Shown here: one piece after another, positions 22,005 through 35,192 of the stretch
Numbering within the stretch: the first letter of the stretch is position 1
Layout: each line of letters starts with the position of its first letter
Assembly (NCBI RefSeq): GCF_048593235.1
Contig: NC_133617.1
Location: forward strand, 422,820,958 to 422,884,957
Source of the DNA: Sminthopsis crassicaudata
Lineage: Eukaryota
Direction of reading: 5' to 3'
Length of the DNA: 64,000 nucleotides
Position numbers and translations under genes: made by a program
Notes under the pieces: model-generated
What the model saw: the letters and a program-made list of their open reading frames with translations, nothing else
Told to the model about the DNA's origin: nothing
Databases searched by the model: none

Positions 22005-25000
22005 CTGAAATGACAAAAGGTTACAGTTAGATTTTTGTTCTCAGAGATATTTAAAGGCTATGATTGCTATTTAACGGCAATCAATAAGTATCTATTATGC
22101 ACCATATAATGATATAGAGAAGGTTTAAGATATAGGTTAATTTACATTCACAAGCTTTGTGAATGTCTGAAAAGCTCCTATCTAATTGGTCAAATCCCTT
22201 CAATTCAATCCCACAAACATTTATTAATAAATGGCTACTTGGGGGAGATAGGAGAAGTGAAAAGGCATATCCTTCATTCAAATGTTTGATTCTAAATATA
22301 GTAATACTCTTCCTCTCGTTAATGGGATAAACTGACCTAGTCCTACCTGTCAAATTCCTTTCCTTACTGTATTCCCTGACAATTATTTAACAGTTCTTCA
22401 GACTTTAATTTTCCTTTTCAGAATAAGAAACAATCCCGAAGTACCTCATTTGCTGCAGCTGCCATAGGAGTTGGGTGGTTGACAGAATCACCTAGTGCAA
22501 TGGCTAATCTGAGATCCTTCTGGATATACTTCAGGTAGAAATCAGGTTTAAAGTTCCCTTGTAGGATATCTAGAAGGGAAAAAATAGAATTTTTTCAAAA
22601 CCACAAAAAGGGGAAGAAAGGGGAGAGTTAGCTTTTGGTAAAAGTCATCTAAAAAAATAAATTTTTCATCCAGAAAAACACACTAGCAGTTATATTATTA
22701 TCGATAAAGATTATCGACTATCCCTATAATACACACATCCTTGGAAACTCAAGAAACCGACTGCTGGTTCCAGAATGCACAAGTTCTACCACTGAACTTT
22801 TCTGTAGTCCCTCTGGCACAGAACAGTACAGAATAGTAAGAGATGAGGAACCTTATGAAGGAAGCATTTAGGCTTCCTTTACTCAATACAAACCAAGATC
22901 CTCATGCTTAAGATGTTAAATTCAGTCACTAAGTCACAACAGGAGGATGTTTGATGTAAAACAGGAAGGAGAAAACGACAAATACTTTACTTTGGCACTT
23001 CTGATCCAGGAAGATGCTAGCCAGTTGTCCCTGATTGAGGATGTCAAGCAATGTCTGTTGAGACTGTCCTGTCACTTGGGCTAGTGTCAATCCTTCAGCT
23101 ATGGTAGCCATGAAGCTGCCCTGGACCATATTCACAATCAACATCATCTTGGCTGCATTCCCAACCTCACCTGCCCAGGACAAAGAAACATGGGTCACTT
23201 CACAAAGGACTCCTATAATGGACACCCTCATCCCTGCTCTGATACCCATCCACCTGGACCCACCTCTAAACCCAGGGGAGGCCCCATTCACCTGCCCCTG
23301 ACAGAACTTGTTTTGACCCTTCTGGACCTTTGCATCTTCCTCCTTCCAGGTACTGAGTGTGCAAATCAAAGGAAACCTTCCCACTGGGGGACCCAGGCAG
23401 AGAGGCTGTAATTGACGCTGTCATCAGTGCAGTCTACAAGGGTATATGGCCCAACCCAGAATCCAGGCCTGAAGTGGTAGGGCAGGCAGGCAGGCAGGCA
23501 TGTTACCTAGAAAGAAGGAGGTCTTCCCCATTGCCTGGAAGCAGCTGCTGCAGTCTTCATATAAGCCCCTATCTCCGGCTGCTAAGATCACCAACATCCC
23601 ATCATTAGACAGCTGCTGATTTCCTGAGACTGGGGCTTCTAGAAATCGACCACCCCTGGACACAATCACCTGGAAAGGAAATTCACAGGTTCTGAAGGCT
23701 GTTCCTCCCACAGGTGTCCATGTAGGGTTGATGTTCTCTAGGTATAGAACACAATGGACAAGGGAAGATGGTAGAACCTACTGGAAAACGTTGCTTTCCC
23801 ACTCCCACTTAGGTTTAATTTGTAAATGAGTCCAGGTTTTTCATCTTCTTCCCACACATGCATTTAGAGGTGAAGTAATTAAAAAAAACTTGGCTAAGTT
23901 TGAGACCCTAAAGCTCAAAACTTTGTGGTATATGAACCGAGGCTATGGCAGACATTACTTCAACTGCAACTAAAAAGAAACAAGAAAAAATACTGGTGTC
24001 CCACCGGCATTTATTAAAGCATCACTAAATATAAAGCACAGTATTGGAAAGATGGATAGGAAGACAAAACAAATAATATATGACCTCAAGGAGTTTATTT
24101 TTTACTGAGAGGGTGGGAAAGCTGTAAACAAACTGATATATACATAATTATTTGAGGAAAGAGAAAGCACTGGCAAGAAGGGGAATTGGGAAAGACTTCC
24201 AATAGGAGATAGCACATGAGCTGAGCTTTGAAAGAATCAAAAGGATTCTGAAAGGCAGAGATAATGAAGGAATATATAATCCAGATATCCCACACAAAGA
24301 CATGGGAGATGGAGTGTTGTGTTTAGGCACGAAGCAAGCAGAATGTGTGAAGGGGAGTTATGAGAAATAAAACCAGTAAGCACACTGTAATGGGGTTTAA
24401 ATGGCAAGGGAAGGAGTTTGTATTTTATCCTCAAAGCAAGGAAGAGTCCCTAATGGTTCCTGAGTTGGGAGTAAAATGGCCAGACATGTATTTTAGGAAG
24501 ATGTTGGCAATTGTTTAGGGGATGGAATGGAGAAGGGAAAAAGGCCCAAGTCTAATTAGGAGACCTTTATTTACTCTGAATTTTCCTACTGAAATTAAAG
24601 CATAGGAAGTGTATAGTACAGCAAAAATTTTCCTATTTTCAGTGCCATTTACTGTTCCTTATGGTCCTATTTTTCACAAAGAACGCTCAGGTGGCCAGTC
24701 ACATTGTGACTGACTTCAACCACCTTCAAAGAGAAATGCTTCAGAGGCCAAGAGAGAACATAAAGACTAGTGGTTCTGGAGGAAGCCATACCAATCTTCT
24801 GAACAAGTTTATGGAAGAACTGCTTTCATATACCTGGGCCAAGAAAGACAAAGATCTGAGGATTTTTAAAGTTTGTTCCTATGAAAACAAATACTTTTTT
24901 CTGTATCAGTTAAGAGAAACCAAAACCTATATATTTTGATAAATTATGATGGGATGCTATTTTTTTATATAGTCAATAGTTACAGGAACCAATACTCTAG

Positions 25001-28000
25001 CCATTTAGGTAGCAGCTCTCCAAAAACAAATTGAACAACACTGCTTTAAGGTTTCACTAAAATTAGATTAACGTTGTTGAATCACTTCTCTATGGACTAG
25101 TCTCGAGAATGGCCAGGTGAAAGAGTGATCATTCCTGACCCCGTATTTCACTTAGGGAGGGAGGGAGGGTGCATTGGACTTCTACCTGGGCCAATTCAGT
25201 AACCGTGTCTGCATCCACCGTTGACATGTCTACATAGCATTTTCCAGGGCGGATCCCTTGAAGTACACCACTAGGGCCCAGCACCAGCTGTGGGAACACA
25301 AGGGAAAAGCAATAGCCCAGGCTCTCAACAGCCTCAAGGCCTGTTTCCTCATCCTCCAAATTCCAAATAATTTTTGACTCTCCATATCCCTTCCTCCCCC
25401 AAAATATTAAAAGGAATTGGTAAAGCCAGACCCAGAAATCAGAATGACTGTAGAGGCAAAGCAGGAACTGTGGAGATGTGGGGCACCTGAGCAATGTCTT
25501 CTTAAATGGCATTTGTACTATAATTAAACAGTTCAGTCATGTTCCTATACTATCTTCCCAGATGTCTAGGAACTAAATAAATAGCCTAAAAAGGAAGAAA
25601 AGGCTTTGTTTACCTTTTTTAGAGCTTTCTTTTGTTTACTCAGGTCTCAACCTTAAATAGCTTAAAAAGGTGACCACTGCCATTTAGACAAATAGGAAAC
25701 AAACAAATGGCTACCAAATGTAGAAAGAATATTTTGGCACACAGCTTATAAGTATAATAAGAACAAGAATTTAAAGCATATAAAGAAAAACAAAGATTAT
25801 TGATAATGGAGATATCAGAGTTCTAAACTTATGATTTGAGATAAAAGAAGTTTGTTTACAAAAACTGAGTCCACTATATGCAAATCAACTTCATATAAAC
25901 ATAACTAGGAGATATGAACTTAAATTCCTCTAGTTTGATGTACACTATTTTCCTAATGGGAAAAGGACAAATGGCCAATCTCTCACAAGAGAGGCAACTA
26001 CAGAGAGAAAAGAGGGGATGATCCTTACGTCCTTAGCTGCTTTGGGATCCGACACACAGGCGAAGGTGATGTCACAGGTGGAGACCACTTCAGCGGGGGT
26101 TCTTCCCAGACGGGCCCCCTCCTGGATGAACAAATCACACTGCAAAAGTCACAGATCCAAACGTAAGGAGAAGGTAGCATATAATAAACATGCCCTCTAG
26201 GTTTTATGACCTCTGATTGCCTCACCTTATCTCCAAAGGCCCCACAAGGCAGATGGCTTAAGGATTTACTCTGTCAATGATAGCACCTGACCAGTGATTG
26301 AAAATATCACTAATTAAGGAATGGTGACTCTCCTGACTAGATTATAAATGAGAATAACTATGTCTCTTTTAACTAAGTTCAATGCTTTAATTATAATAGG
26401 TGGTTAAATAAATGTTTGCTGCTATTGCTAATCTGTTTAAAAGGGTGAAAGAGGAGCAGTTGAGTCCATTTTAGCATATTATTAAGGATGAATCCAGTGG
26501 AGCCAGTGTGGCTGACTGCAGCAAGAACCATGAGGATGAATTGTGGAAGGCTTTGTAGTCAATTATGTAGGACATCAGTTCTTGGGGAGGTTCTATCCAA
26601 GTGTCAATAAATGTACCCCACAAAAGAAAAAATACTAACAGTCTCCACTTTTTGGCTTGTTGGAGGACTGGGGGAGTGTCAGAATATGTCCAGCAGCCTA
26701 ATTCTAAGTGTCAGTTGTGAATGTATGGCTCCTAATTTTTATAGGTCCCTTCTTCTAACTATTCCAATGCTTTCATTTGGTTACTGTTATAAAATCATAC
26801 ATTTAGAATAGAAAGGATACTACAGATGAGGAAATTGAGGTCTAGAGGTTAAATGACTTGCCCAGTGTTACAAAGATACTAGGTTCTATTAGTTCTTTCA
26901 TGTTTAGGGAAGAACTTGGAACATTAGTCAAATGTTTCATCGTATCTCTTCCTGCTCAGAGATCTCTGACAGTTGTCTATTGCTCACTATAATTTACACT
27001 ATTTAGCCTGGCTTTCAACATTTGCCATATTTTCCTTTCTAATTCAGTTACTTATTGTTTTTCTTTTCTTTCTTTTTTGCTGAGGCAATTGGGGTTAAGT
27101 GACTTGCCCAGGATCACACAGCTGGGAAGTATTACATGTCTGAGGTCAAATTTGAACTCAGATCCTTCTGATTTCAGGGTTGATATTCTATCCATTGCAC
27201 CATCTAGCTGCCCCCACTTATTATTTTTCAACACAAGTATGGCTCCAGTCAAAACTGTTCCTTTCAATTAGAATATATTCTATTTTCAACTTTATCAACC
27301 TAAATCCAAAATTTCCTTCATAAGCTTTCCCATAAGCTTTCATAAGCCCTTTCCTGATCAGCCCTATCTTCATTCTGTTTGTTTATTCATCCCAAATTCT
27401 TTCAACATTCAAAATTGTTTGCAACATTTTAATTTGTTAAAATAGTTCGTCTGTGAACATTCTGTTTCCTTATCAAGATCTTAAATTCCTGGTACTCTTT
27501 TCTCAACTGTTCTGCTGTGTATAATACCATGAAAAAAAATAGTATTTTGACTCTCCTGTCTCTACTACATGCTCAACTCTGTGTAGGGGTGCAACTATGT
27601 TTCAAGTTTTGTTCCAGGCAGTGCTCTCTTTACTGAAAGTTTGGTTCCATCTTTAAACAGTATCTTGCCTCCCCATCCTGCCCTCTAGTCCCACTGGCCA
27701 CAAATCCTTACTTTTTCTGCTGTCCGGTTCCATACAGTGACTGTATGACCCATTTTTAGTAAATTGGAGACAATGCCACTTCCCATGAGGCCAAGGCCCA
27801 AAAATCCTATCCTGCAAAGAACAGAAAAGTTAGTAAAAGGGAAGAGTATGTATATACATATATGTACATATAAATACATACACACACACATATACTTATG
27901 TGTGCATAGGAGAACACTCAGAGTGGAGCAAAAATAAACTCAACACTGTTGAGGAATGAAATTTAGGTCACTAGATCTTTAAACTGCTCAACAGTTTAAA

Positions 28001-31000
28001 GTGCTCAACAGGCACTTCTGAGTCTTTGATATATGGAGAACACTGGGGACAATGTGGATCAGTATGACTTAGGGTAAGGATAAAGTTTTCTCCTATTTTG
28101 ATAAAGGGTCAAAATAACCAGTATATATATTAATATGTTTAATTTCTGAAGCAATTTCCTGGATTGAACCTTGGGTGTTAGGCTTCCAGATGCCACTTTA
28201 AAACAGATATTCCTAGGAAAAAGCTATTTCTAGGTTTTATATTACTTTAGGAAATCTTTCTGCAATGAATACTCTTTAATATAATTTATTCTACTGATAT
28301 AGAATATATTTTTTTGAACTGGTAATTTGGCATGCATTTTGAATCCTCCCTGATGTTCTGCTGCACACACGACAATGTTCTTTTTTTGTTTTTCTTTTGT
28401 ATTCCTTTTCTATTTTTCTTATTTTTTTTAATAAAATAAATTTAAAAATAAATCTTTTTGGTTTGAATGACTAACAAAGATAATGTTTCCAATCCAGAAG
28501 CTACTGTCCCAATAGCTCTTCTCAAATTTTACAAAGAATGTTAGAATTAGAAGGGATCTTAAGAGAAATATCTAATCAAACAATTCTGCCTGATCAACGA
28601 ATGTTTTATACAGCTCTACCAAAAGGTAATTTTCAGCTTCCAAAAACTTTCAGTGGGGAGGCACTCATTACCTATTAAGACAATCTATTTTGTTACAAGA
28701 TAGCTCTCACTGTTAAGAAGTTTGGCATTTTAGGCTAAAATTAACCTCCTTGTAGCTTCCAACTTACTGGTTCTAGAGATTCTAGTTCTGCTTTTGCATA
28801 TATAATTGCCCTTTAAATAACTGAAGAGAGTTATCCTGGCTTGCCTATATCTTCTAGTCTTCAATTAAGTATTCCTTGCTCCTTGAACCAATCTTTTATT
28901 AAATGACAATTTCAAAGTGCACTCATCATTATAAATGAGTTCTAAATTTATCATGTTCCACTAAAATGTGGTATCCAGAACTGAACAAAATATTTCACAT
29001 ACTGAGCTGGCACACTAGCAAAATCACTATTTTTTTTTTTTTTAAACAATTTCTATCTGGAAATCAAGGGCATATGAAATTGTACCTTTTTCCATTTTGA
29101 GATCAAATCTTCTTTGCATTTATATATTTGTCTTTTCCCTTTCAAGAGTCAGTTCCTCCTTCTTGGCTTTGCCTCTGAAGTTTTCCAAATTTGAGAGCTC
29201 TAGTTCTCAAATTCACTCTAACAATTTTAATTTTTAACTTTTCCCAATGACTTTTCTACTCTTATGCTCTGAATTAGAGTTAAGGTAAGTATGTTTATAG
29301 AATCCAATCCAATTTCTTTTGGAGCCCACTGTTCTTACCAAATACTATCCCATTTCTTCATAACTAGTCATATCTAAACTGTTTTTTAATTGGTCATATA
29401 TACTTCTTGTACCCAATTTCTTATCACTTATTGTTTTAACTTCTTTACCTGGCCTTTAACTTCATTACTTCTCTAAAACTGGTCTCACTTCCCTACCTAG
29501 GGTCACCAATGATTTTCTCTTGAGCTAGTTTCTTATCTTCCCTATTTTTTTTTTTTTTTTTTTTAGCTGCACACAATGTGGTTAACCACTATTCCTTTAA
29601 TGGCTTCTGTTCTGTGATACCTTGTTTCTGTGATGCTCATTTCTCCAACCCTATTCCATCCTTCTTCCAATTCATTTTTATTTTCCTGCTCTTTGAGTGC
29701 TGATCAAGGTTTATTTCTGGGTCTCTTGTTTTTGTTTTTCTCTTACTTTATTAATTCCTCTGGGAAGCATTCATCTCATTTTTTAAAGCTACCATTTATA
29801 TGTAGATATTATTCAAATCTAAATCTCCAGCTTCTACCTCTTGGCCTACTACAAATATTATATATTTTAGAAAAAACCCTTTGTCCTGCTAGTTGAAACA
29901 TATGTTGAAAGCTTAATGAAGTATCTTTTTCAAGAAAGTAGCAACTCCTCCCTTCTCCTTATTACCAATATCCAAATGATAATCATCTTGCTAATTCCTC
30001 TAATCTTTCAGATTATTTCCTTTTCATTGAGACAAGCCATCATTTTAGTCCAAATCCTTATTATCAATTACACTGTGCACCTAAACTGTAATAGTTATCT
30101 TCCTACCTGATCTCTTTGCATTTCAGAGTAATCAATACACAATTGTCAGAATATTTTCTTAAGTATTGTTTTCACTTTTTACTTCCTTGCTTAAGTGCCT
30201 ACAATATCTCAGCTTTTTAGTAAAAGAGCCAACTCCTTAGGCTACTACTCAAGATTGAGAAGAATGAACCATTACCTGCCCTCCATTCTTTTAAAATAAT
30301 CATCACAAACTCAAGACATATAGAGTACTAATAAACCAAATATGTAATACATCTTTAAATACAATTCTAAAATTCAAGCCAGTTACATTTTAATTAAAAA
30401 GTTAACAAAAAAATTTATGGTTTCCCCTCCAAGTCTTCCTGTGTACCTAAAAATCTCTTTTAAAATAACTATAATCAATGTTTGTATTTTTCTTCCTTTG
30501 CTGACCCATTATCACTTCACATACATCTTTCTGAGACCCCGTAGTTCTAGTGTACATTTCATAACAATATAACGACTATTATTATGCCATAATTTATTCA
30601 ACCATTCCTCAACCATTGGGCATAGTTGAACAAGTTGTTCTCAGTATTCTGCATTATGAAGTATGTATTTTTGGGTTGCTATATCTTTGTATTTTACTGA
30701 TTTGGGATTAAGTCTCAACAATGGAAATGGTCTGAATCCAACTGAGATCTTGTATATTACCAGACCAATGCAAACCTTTTATAAAGCATACTGACCTACC
30801 AGCAATGTGAGGCACCTGTTTCCTTGCATTCCTGATCATACAATTAGAAACAATAAAACAATTTGATGAGAATAAGGTGATATTATATGGTATAAGATAA
30901 CCCCCTAATCTGTTCAGTTCCCTATTTATCACTTCTGAGTACGCCTCTCTACTTAGTTGGATCAAAAAATACTTGTAGAATAAATATTCTGGTTTTGTTT

Positions 31001-34000
31001 TTGCACTTTGTACAGAATCATTTATTTTTACTGAAGTCCCTGATTTCTAGGCTAAATATATTTTTATATATAATCCACATGATTCCTTAAAAGGCAAAGT
31101 ACTAGTTCCAACTCCAAGGTTCAAACATGACTGGATAAGATTCTAAGCAATTTTATGTCTTAAAGCTCCCTCTCTGCTCAAGAACTAGAAAGGAAAACTA
31201 GGACACTGAGGCACAATGGAAACAAATGGTAAAAGTAGCTCCATGCCAGAGACTGTCATCTTCCTCACATCTTAGCTTTCTATTCAATTCCTTCAGATTC
31301 TCCTTTCCAAATCAGGGCTTACTGGTGTTTCTATCAGGAATAAACTTAACATGGATCAGTTAATGAATGACCTATTAATATGTAATCAAAGATTATTTAA
31401 TAATTTAGTTTTGACTGAATCTCATTTTAAAAGTATGGGATATTAATTTCTTTGCTCCATTAAAAAAAAGATAGAACCGATAAAAATCTTATTATCCAAA
31501 CTATACAAAGAAATAATATATATAACCTTAATTGCTAGATTCCACTAAGTGGTTAAAGGTAATTGAACAAAAACATGAGAAAAAACACAAATCTTTATGT
31601 AGACAAAAACTTGGCCTCATAAATAATGAAAAATTTAAACCAAAATAACTTATTACACATTTACATTTCTGAAATCTCTGTAAATTATAGTCTTAAGAGA
31701 ATTGCCTAGTACACTAAGAGATAAGGTTGTTTGCCCAGAATCACATGTATTTGTATAGTTATTCAAAATAAGTATGTGGGCTGTGTCAACATGCAACAAT
31801 ATAAAAGTATTAAAAAGAAGCAGAACAAGCTATGTAATTGCTAAATTGGTAAAAATATATGAATAAGATTGAAAAATAATTTGAATTATGTAGGGTTTTA
31901 CATTCAACAGATTAACTCTTTTCTTATAAAGTTTTCCAATTCCTAATTAAAGAATAACCATAAAACCCTGGTCAAAGCCAAGGGAGCATGCCCATAAGGG
32001 GTTATACTTTTTGTCCGTGGGAGTGATGCTGCCATTCACTGCTGTGCTATCTGCTGCTTGGATAGACGTGGATCCAGTTTCCTAGGGAATTAAATGACAG
32101 GGTCATGAAGTTAGAATGCTCATGATAAAATCCCTAATGAAAAAAGAAAATTCAAAGGAGAGAAATCTGCATACCTCTTCACATACTTTTAACTTCTTTG
32201 TTATTGCCTGATAACAGACAGCTGGCTATCAAGAGAAGAAAACAATCATTTGTTAAAACAGACTATGTCCTTCATTATAGAACCGATTTATCAACTTTTT
32301 AATCTTTTTTTTTAATTATTTATAATTTTTTTTGACAGTATATATGCATGAGTAATTTTTTTAAAAAACATTATCCCTTGTATTCATTTTTCCAAATTAT
32401 CTCCTCTCTCCCTCCCCACAGGCAATCCCATACATTTTACATGTGTTACAATATAACCTAGATACAATATATGTGTGTAAATACCATTTTCTTGTTGTAC
32501 ATTAAGTATTAGATTCCGAAGGTATAAGTAACTTGGGTAGATAGACAGTTAGTGCTAACAATTTACATTCACTTCCCAGTGTTCCTTCTCTGCTCAACTT
32601 TTTAATCTTAAGAACAAAGGGAAGCATAAAAAATAAATAACAAGACCCCACTACTTGGAGTCATACCCCCAAAATACCTACTAAAACCATCTCTCCCTCT
32701 AAATTTCCAAAGTATTTACACTACAAATACTCAAGACAAAAGCTCAGCAAGCTGCATGTAATTATTTAATAGATAATTATTAGACTCTGTGAAGTAAACA
32801 GTAATCATGTAAACTTATTTGGTTAATGGTGACTAAAAATATGGCTTTGAGTATCACAGGGTTTACATATATAGATCAGTTCTAATGAACTCCCTGATCA
32901 ACTCAAAGACAGAACTGGCTAAATCAATTCAAACAATCCATTATTTTTGTCTACATGACATCAATTAATCTGCTTAGCTGAATGATCTTTCAAACTGTCT
33001 GCTTTGCCAAAATTACATATAGCCTAAGTGAATCTTTAAAAAAAACAGGATAATAAGGTAGCTCCTATGAAGTATTATGATATGACATCTTTAGTCTGTT
33101 ATTTTATTCAGTGCTGACTGACCTTTTGCTAATCCTCTCCCACAGAGTCTTGTCCCTGACAGACTGAGAATCAATAATTCTAAAGATCAACTCACCTTCT
33201 CTGTTTGGCTGAGCAGAAAGTGATGGAAATGTGGGTCCCCATCTTTTACAGGCTGAAATCAGAAAATGACTAAATAAGAAACAGTTTATCTTCCATGAAA
33301 TGCACCATCCTTATACCTTTCCTGAGAAACCTTATTTTGTCACCTGTTTGGGAAAATGTACCAAATGTTCATTCCAACCTCCTTATAAAGTGAATACACA
33401 CTCAGAAAACATATGCAATAATTGCAAAAGAAAAGAAATAAAGGATGTTTATAACCCAGGATTCATCTAATCTAAGAATATTTATGCATCTGTATTACAA
33501 ATTACTTAGATTTTAAGATATCAAGATATACCACAACAACGGAAGTTTTTTTCTTAAAGGAGACCTTCCCCTGAATGGTTTAAAGAGTCACCTCTCTGAA
33601 AAAGGCAGAGATCATCACTTATTACTTAATATTCCTTCCATTTCTGTGATGTCTTTTGAAAGTCAATAACTTCCTTAAATACAGAATTGTATTACTCCCC
33701 CAGGAGTCAAAGATGATAGTGCCTGTAATTCTAAGTACATTTTTTTGAAGTCTATTAGAAATAGGAAACTTCTTCTGAAATTGTTGAAATCACTTAAAAG
33801 AAAAAGCTTATTACCTCACTTACACTTGGTTGCCATTTAAACCCAGCCATTGTTCCTGCCACCATTCCTTTCACTGTACTGGATTCTGGAATTGTAAGGT
33901 CCTAAAGGAAAAAAAGCCAGATTGGCAAGATGCTGTTGACAACCTCAGTTATAGACATTATCTACCCATAATTAGATAAGCTTTATAACTCATATAAGAT

Positions 34001-35113
34001 TCAACTGAAACAGAATAGTTAGACAATAGAGAAACTTTGAACTAATTCCAGTGTCTAAAGGAAGGTTTTTTTATTTGGCCATAAAATCCTGACATGAATA
34101 ACACCTTTTTTTTTTTTTTTCTTTTACATTTTAATAGTTTTTATTTACCAGATATATGCATGGGTAATTTTACAACATTGACAATTGCCAAACCTTTTGT
34201 TCTAATTTTCCCCCTCCTTCCCCCCCTCCCCAGATGGCAGGTTGACCAATACATGTTAAATATGTAATAATACCTATCTTAAAAGAGTTTGTAGTTCACT
34301 TTGTGAACTACAAAGTAGCATAATGAGCTATTATAAAGAGAACGAACTATTCTCATCAACAAAAAGAATTGCAATTTTCTTGTCTTCATTTCTAAAAAAA
34401 AAAAAAAAAAAAATGCACCTTTCTGCCAATATATTACAAGAACAGTAATGATAAGAAAAAAGGACAATGGATTAAAATAAAATCAACCATCAACAGTAAA
34501 ATACCAGTGGAAAGAATATGGGATTTGGCTATAGGAAATGTACCCTGACTTGGGGTGACCATGGGCAAGTCAGAGTCTATATAGGCCTCAGTTACTTCAT
34601 CTATATTCTGAGATTAGCTGAGATCATCTTTGAGGCCCTTTTAGCTCTAAATATGTAAATACGAACTATTCTGAATTGAACAGTGACACGGAAAATATAA
34701 AACAGTTTTAAAAGATGTTTCTGCAACAAAGAAAATTTCCATATGCAATATAAAGTAGTTATATATTATATAGTAGCACTTTTTGTAATTAGAAAAAAAC
34801 TGGAAACAAAAAGCAGTACTTTTTGTGATAGGGAAAACATGGAAACAAAAAGCTGATGCCTATTAGTGGAAGAACAGCTAAATAAATTACAGAGGATGAA
34901 TGTAAGGGAATATTACTGTGCTGTAAGAAATGATCATGTGATGAATACAGAAAAGTATGGAAAGGTCTCTACAAACTGATGCAGAGTGAAGCAAGCAGAG
35001 CCAAGAAAACATTATAAACAATGATTACAATAATGTAAATGGAAAGAATGACCCCACAAACACACACACAATCAAAAGAGAATGTAGCAAAATAATAAAG
35101 ATCAGATATGACT

Positions 35114-35192
<79 letters not shown>

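Noticed and set aside
32002-32007. Possible U12-type intron (GTATAA donor)
   Set aside because: It lacks the GTATCCTT donor, and the branch point is U2-type (TACTAAC).
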